Of a stretch of 32,000 nucleotides of DNA, positions 28,052-32,000 are shown in pieces. A model generated the notes under the pieces. The model made no database searches, was not told the origin of the DNA, and saw only the letters and a list, made by a program, of their open reading frames with translations. Every line of letters begins with the position of its first letter. The stretch's first letter is position 1. A program made the translations under genes and the position numbers. The DNA comes from Candidatus Hadarchaeota archaeon (GTDB taxonomy: Archaea; Hadarchaeota; Hadarchaeia; Hadarchaeales; Hadarchaeaceae), in assembly GCA_964514965.1 (NCBI GenBank), contig CAZETV010000001.1, positions 540,788-572,787 of the forward strand, written 5' to 3'.

Positions 28052-28777
28052 ATGAAGTGTCCTCGATGTGGATATGAGTGGGAGTCGAAGATCCCAAAAC
28101 CAAAGGAATGCCCGCGGTGTAAAGGGAGATTGGATTATCAATACGCGGGGGCACCCAGAATTAAAATGGAAAAAAAGGAGGTGAGAAAAGAGATGACCAG
28201 TAAACTTCCTTGGGTAGCAGCAGCAACCATCATAGTGATAGTAGTAGGACTAGGGGCATGGACGCTTTTGGGACAAGCACCCGCAGGAACCGCCACCATA
28301 ACGGGAATTGCAGGAACAGGAACTGTCTTCGCTGCCAGTATACCACTCGACACCGCCTCGGGAATAGAGAACGTGTACATAATACAGCATGGCAACTACA
28401 ATGAAAATGACAACTTATGCGGGAATGAGAATATTCTTGGTGTCATCACAGCCACTTTGGGATCTGTGAACATCGCTTATGAGACGTCCTTCGACATCGT
28501 CGTCGCCGTAAAATCGGGATCTGACAACATGGCCTACGTCACGATAGACAACATGAAAGTGGGATTAGCTATCACCGGATCGTTTACCCAAACTGACGAA
28601 AACGCTCCCGGTACCTATTCTCACATGGCCCCAGTACCGTACGAAAACAGCAACTACGGCACGACTTCTGGCTGGCTCCGCATAAACGCAGTGTGGGACA
28701 ACAATAACAACGGTTACAAGCTACCAGCCAACGGGACTCTTACCCTAGAAAACATAAACCTGTGGGGCTGGAAGTAG
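28052..28777 (+). CDS. Membrane-anchored exported protein with N-terminal double zinc ribbon
   Basis: MKCPRCGYEW ... CPRCKGRLDY followed by basic segment and one TM helix (LPWVAAATIIVIVVGLGAWTLL), then a beta-rich Asn-rich extracytoplasmic region. Confidence 0.75.
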   Translation: MKCPRCGYEWESKIPKPKECPRCKGRLDYQYAGAPRIKMEKKEVRKEMTSKLPWVAAATIIVIVVGLGAWTLLGQAPAGTATITGIAGTGTVFAASIPLDTASGIENVYIIQHGNYNENDNLCGNENILGVITATLGSVNIAYETSFDIVVAVKSGSDNMAYVTIDNMKVGLAITGSFTQTDENAPGTYSHMAPVPYENSNYGTTSGWLRINAVWDNNNNGYKLPANGTLTLENINLWGWK

Positions 28778-28797
28778 AGACCTAGCTCCTAAGCCCC

Positions 28798-28811
28798 TTT
28801 TTTTATTTTTT
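28798..28811 (+). terminator. T-rich archaeal-type terminator downstream of the zinc-ribbon protein
   Basis: tttttttatttttt directly after the ORF. Confidence 0.45.
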
Positions 28812-28916
28812 CTGATTTAGCGCTAGCTATAGATCAAACACGAAAAGAAAGATCCCGATGCGAAGTAAATAACTTATATCTCTCGAGTAATTACCTACTT
28901 AGTTGAAAGGTGAAAC

Positions 28917-29402
28917 GTGATGGACAAGAAGACGACGACAATCTTCGCGCTTCTCGTTCTGGTTACGGTCACTGGAGTCGGGTGGCTCAGCTCTGAGTTG
29001 AGGTCTGAACGAGCGCGTCCTCTCCCCGGAGGGATAGAGAATTGGACCGAGCTATTTCATGGATATGAGGCCTACCTCGATCAAAACATCTATTACTCCA
29101 CCGTTAGCGGAACCAGCATGGAGCCAACTTTCGGGGAAAACGACAAGGTCCTCTGGGTAGAAGTCGACCCGTCAGAGCTCAAAGTTGGCGATATTATTGT
29201 TTATGATCACCCGACTAAACCAGCGGAGGGAACCATCGTTCACAGGATAATCAAAATAATGAAAAATGGAGAATATCGATTTGAAACCAAAGGAGACAAT
29301 CGATCGGAATCGGACGCGGAAACTGCCATCAGCGCTTATTATGTATCGGAGAACGACCTCAAGGGCCTCGTGATCGGCGTGATATACTCCTATAACCCTT
29401 AG
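28917..29402 (+). CDS. Signal peptidase I, archaeal/ER type (S26B-like)
   Basis: STVSGTSMEPTFGENDKVLWVE, VGDIIVYDHP, GTIVHRIIKI (His in place of Lys), TKGDNRSESD. Confidence 0.92.
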   Translation: MMDKKTTTIFALLVLVTVTGVGWLSSELRSERARPLPGGIENWTELFHGYEAYLDQNIYYSTVSGTSMEPTFGENDKVLWVEVDPSELKVGDIIVYDHPTKPAEGTIVHRIIKIMKNGEYRFETKGDNRSESDAETAISAYYVSENDLKGLVIGVIYSYNP

Positions 29403-29965
29403 AATCACGGATTATCAGTGCAAACACGCGCGATATCCGTGAAATCTGCACAAAGGATAACTGCCCTTCTCAATCTTATTCTGTAACTTGTAATAACGCC
29501 AAACCTTTCTTTAACCCAATCCATTTTACACACTCACTCTTCCCAACCGGCTCAATTCACCATTTGCGCTTATGCAGGGCCGCTATCTTCTCTTCGCCTT
29601 TGTGCCCCATTATCGATTCAGTACCAAAGAGGGAGATAATCTACAGAAAACAAACAGGCCCACCTGCTAGAGAACTCGACCTAACTTTCGTCGCCTCTAA
29701 TAGCTGATGTCGTTCTTTGATTATTTTCGTTTATTGTTGGATAAGTCCATTTTTTTATATATCTCGAAAAAATCCGAAATCGGTTTAGTCTAAACAATTT
29801 TGCAAGTTATTTTTAAAGGTTTCGATAAAAGCCGTAACGGCTAGATTATATTTCCAACCTTAAATATGCCAAAAATTACATTAAAAGTGCTGTAAAATGG
29901 CCTAAAAATAGGTAAAAAAAGTGGCATGTAAAAAAAGATAATAATCATGAAAAAATGTCAAAAAG

Positions 29966-30331
29966 TTGAAAAAAATGGTAAAAAAGGATACAAAAAATTT
30001 GCGGCGACCTCCCAAGGAAATGCCTATCCAAACCGTAGGGAGGGTGCTCCTTTCCAATGGTAAGGTCAGCCAGACTGACCTATACCTAGCCACGGGATTC
30101 CCTTCTTGGAAAATTTCGCGGTTATCAAGGCGATTGGAGATTTTGGGATTCATCGATGTCGAGAATGAGCCTCGTTTCACCCGGGGCCGCCCCAGAAAGT
30201 TCTGCAGGCTCACATCGAGCGGAATCGAGTACTTCACAGACATGCTGAGGAAGGCCGGTAACGGGGGAAATGCTGGAAATCACGACCCCATACAATCCGT
30301 CGCTAAGGAGGATGAGCTCTGTGGACAGTAA
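29966..30331 (+). CDS. Winged-helix transcriptional regulator
   Basis: VGRVLLSNGKVSQTDLYLATGFPSWKISRLSRRLEILGFIDVENEPRFTRGRPRKFCRLTSSG; start codon uncertain. Confidence 0.75.
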   Translation: MKKMVKKDTKNLRRPPKEMPIQTVGRVLLSNGKVSQTDLYLATGFPSWKISRLSRRLEILGFIDVENEPRFTRGRPRKFCRLTSSGIEYFTDMLRKAGNGGNAGNHDPIQSVAKEDELCGQ

Positions 30332-32000
30332 GCGAGGGACTGGACGAAGCCGATTAGGGCAGAGGGTTGGCTCGTTAGCTATGCCTGTTCTACTCGTGCT
30401 GTTCTTGCTCAACGCACCCGCAGCGGCCGCGATTGCCAGCACGCAAGACGCTGGATCTCAACCTGCAGAAAATCAACCAACGGACAACCAAATATCTGAT
30501 AATTATTCCCTCATTGAGACTTGGACTGGGGACGTTCAAACCTTAGCTGCGTGGCAACTCGTCGAGACGTGGACTGGGGTCATGTCCAAAAATCAATCTC
30601 CCGATAACCAGACGACCGAGAACCAAATCGTGCCTGAAAATCAGAGCATCGATAATCAAGTTGCCATTGGGGTAACGTTAGATAGACAACTATCCGGAGA
30701 TCGGGTCGGTCAGCACAAGACGCCACCGCTCTCCTCCGTGAACGTGACTATCACCGCGACCGTTTCAAGTCAGGTGGAAAACGCGGTTCTGGTTGATTAT
30801 TTCCCGAGCGATTGGACCGTGACCGACGCGAATGGAGGGACAGTCAACCTCAACACGATAGAGTGGAGCGTTGGCTCGGTCAGCGATTCCGTTTCTAGAT
30901 CATATGTGATCATGTCCCCACAACTAACGTCACCACCGACTAAGTATTACTTCCACTCCGAGCTGGCCTACCAAGGAGAGAGCGGGGTCAGCGATGACTG
31001 GCGGGTTATTGTTGCAGATCCTCCAGATATTGAAACAATAAGGCCAACGGATGCTTTTATTTCTCCAAATAAGTGGACTACACCAGCAAATGGCTATGAT
31101 GGCAATACTGGAACCAGCACTTTTTACTCCGACATAAACAAAACTCCCTCTATTTCTTTTGGTGGCGCCTCAGCCGGAGAGACTACGAATGCTTGGCAAA
31201 CCAAGTCCCAAACTTGGACAGCAGCCACTTGTTATATATGGTTTTCTAAAACATCAGGCACGAATGACACAGTTGAGGTTTTAGTCACTGACCAAAATGG
31301 TAACCTAAAACATACAATAGTTGCTTCTACTACAGGAGCAGTCACCAAACAAGAATTTAGTGTAGTATTGAATTCAGCGGATTGGGGAGGTTCTGGATTT
31401 CCCAATATTGCTAATCTAAGAGTTAGAGTTAATGGAACAACGCAGGCCAGTCCTGATGGGGCAATCGCTTATGTGTATGATGTCCGGATTGATGGGACTT
31501 ATACCCCCTCTACAGCATGGCAAGCAATCGAAACATGGACAGGAACAGTTAGCGCTCCTGCCACATGGCAGACGATTGAAACCTGGACAGGAATCATCAG
31601 CGCCCCAGTCACATGGCAGGTAATCGAGACTTGGACAGGAACCGCCAACTCTCCCGCCGCGTGGCAATCGATTGAAACCTGGACCGGCACAGTTTCAGCA
31701 CCCGTAGCATGGCAACTAATCGAAACATGGACAGGAACAATCCAAGCTCCAGCAGCATGGCAATTGATTGAAACCTGGACCGGAACCATCAACTCTCCAG
31801 CCCAATGGCAGCTCATCGAAACATGGACAGGAACGATCAATGCCCCAGCAGCATGGCAAGCAATCGAGACTTGGACAGGAACAGTTAGCGCTCCTGCCAC
31901 ATGGCAGACGATTGAAACCTGGACAGGAATCATCAGCGCCCCAGTCACATGGCAGGTAATCGAGACTTGGACAGGAACCGCCAACTCTCCCGCCGCGTGG
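30321..32000 (+). CDS. Secreted surface protein with signal-like N-terminus, beta-domain region and C-terminal 16-aa tandem repeats; 3' truncated by the window (absent from the supplied ORF track)
   Basis: Frame from GTG 30321 is open to 32000 (560 codons). Hydrophobic signal VGSLAMPVLLVLFLLNAPAAAAIAST; NVTITATVSSQVENAVLVDYFPSDWTV; then QxIETWTGTxxAPxxW repeats. Confidence 0.85.
   Translation, partial: MDSKRGTGRSRLGQRVGSLAMPVLLVLFLLNAPAAAAIASTQDAGSQPAENQPTDNQISDNYSLIETWTGDVQTLAAWQLVETWTGVMSKNQSPDNQTTENQIVPENQSIDNQVAIGVTLDRQLSGDRVGQHKTPPLSSVNVTITATVSSQVENAVLVDYFPSDWTVTDANGGTVNLNTIEWSVGSVSDSVSRSYVIMSPQLTSPPTKYYFHSELAYQGESGVSDDWRVIVADPPDIETIRPTDAFISPNKWTTPANGYDGNTGTSTFYSDINKTPSISFGGASAGETTNAWQTKSQTWTAATCYIWFSKTSGTNDTVEVLVTDQNGNLKHTIVASTTGAVTKQEFSVVLNSADWGGSGFPNIANLRVRVNGTTQASPDGAIAYVYDVRIDGTYTPSTAWQAIETWTGTVSAPATWQTIETWTGIISAPVTWQVIETWTGTANSPAAWQSIETWTGTVSAPVAWQLIETWTGTIQAPAAWQLIETWTGTINSPAQWQLIETWTGTINAPAAWQAIETWTGTVSAPATWQTIETWTGIISAPVTWQVIETWTGTANSPAAW
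31521..32000 (+). repeat. Tandem array of ten 48-bp units (16 aa, consensus Q-x-IETWTGT-x-x-(A/S)P-x-x-W), continuing past the window edge
   Basis: Units read directly: QAIETWTGTVSAPATW, QTIETWTGIISAPVTW, QVIETWTGTANSPAAW, QSIETWTGTVSAPVAW, QLIETWTGTIQAPAAW, QLIETWTGTINSPAQW, QLIETWTGTINAPAAW, then units 1-3 again. Confidence 0.96.

Noticed and set aside
29830-29965. A-rich tract with recurring aaaaaatg words
   Set aside because: Low-complexity A-rich DNA upstream of the wHTH gene; no consistent unit length, so not called a repeat array.
31416-31984. ORFs in other frames of the repeat array (31416-31667 -, 31432-31623 +, 31499-31984 -, 31768-31959 +)
   Set aside because: They are frame shadows of the 48-bp tandem repeat; the frame from 30321 gives a coherent signal-peptide protein.
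31521-32000. Possible CRISPR array
   Set aside because: The units abut with no spacers, are 48 bp in-frame coding repeats and vary mainly at a few codons, so this is a protein repeat.

Overview
The window looks archaeal: two tRNA genes carry bulge-helix-bulge introns, start codons are often GTG/TTG, and there is an archaeal-type signal peptidase, triosephosphate isomerase and RpiA. Positions 1 to ~16.7 kb resemble a defence or accessory island. It holds a PIWI-domain prokaryotic Argonaute with degenerate catalytic positions (5' end at the window edge), a transglutaminase-like/PrsW-like membrane pair, a DUF365-like gene flanked by direct repeats, and a long same-strand block from ~16.34 to 4.95 kb. 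That block encodes an uncharacterised Cys/His protein, an Mre11-like nuclease, a Rad50-like ATPase with a CPVC hook and an atypical signature, a small ORF, a protein with a HEPN-like RNxxxH motif coupled to a rhomboid-like protease, a small winged-helix protein, a fused nuclease-methyltransferase (type IIG-like) and a second adenine methyltransferase. A 27-nt 3' tRNA fragment (16681-16707), next to direct repeats and a palindrome, may mark the island boundary. From 16.7 kb on the content is more ordinary: ABC exporter with regulator, tautomerase, MFS, DUF169, four consecutive CBS-domain genes, rpiA, tpiA. A surface/secretion segment follows, ending in a 48-bp (16-aa) tandem-repeat protein missing from the supplied ORF track because it runs off the window. 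The best-supported structural observation is a tRNA-Gly(CCC) with two BHB-type introns. The best candidates for an undescribed system are the unknown-Mre11-Rad50 operon and the HEPN-like/rhomboid-like pair. All assignments are from motif reading; no database search was run.
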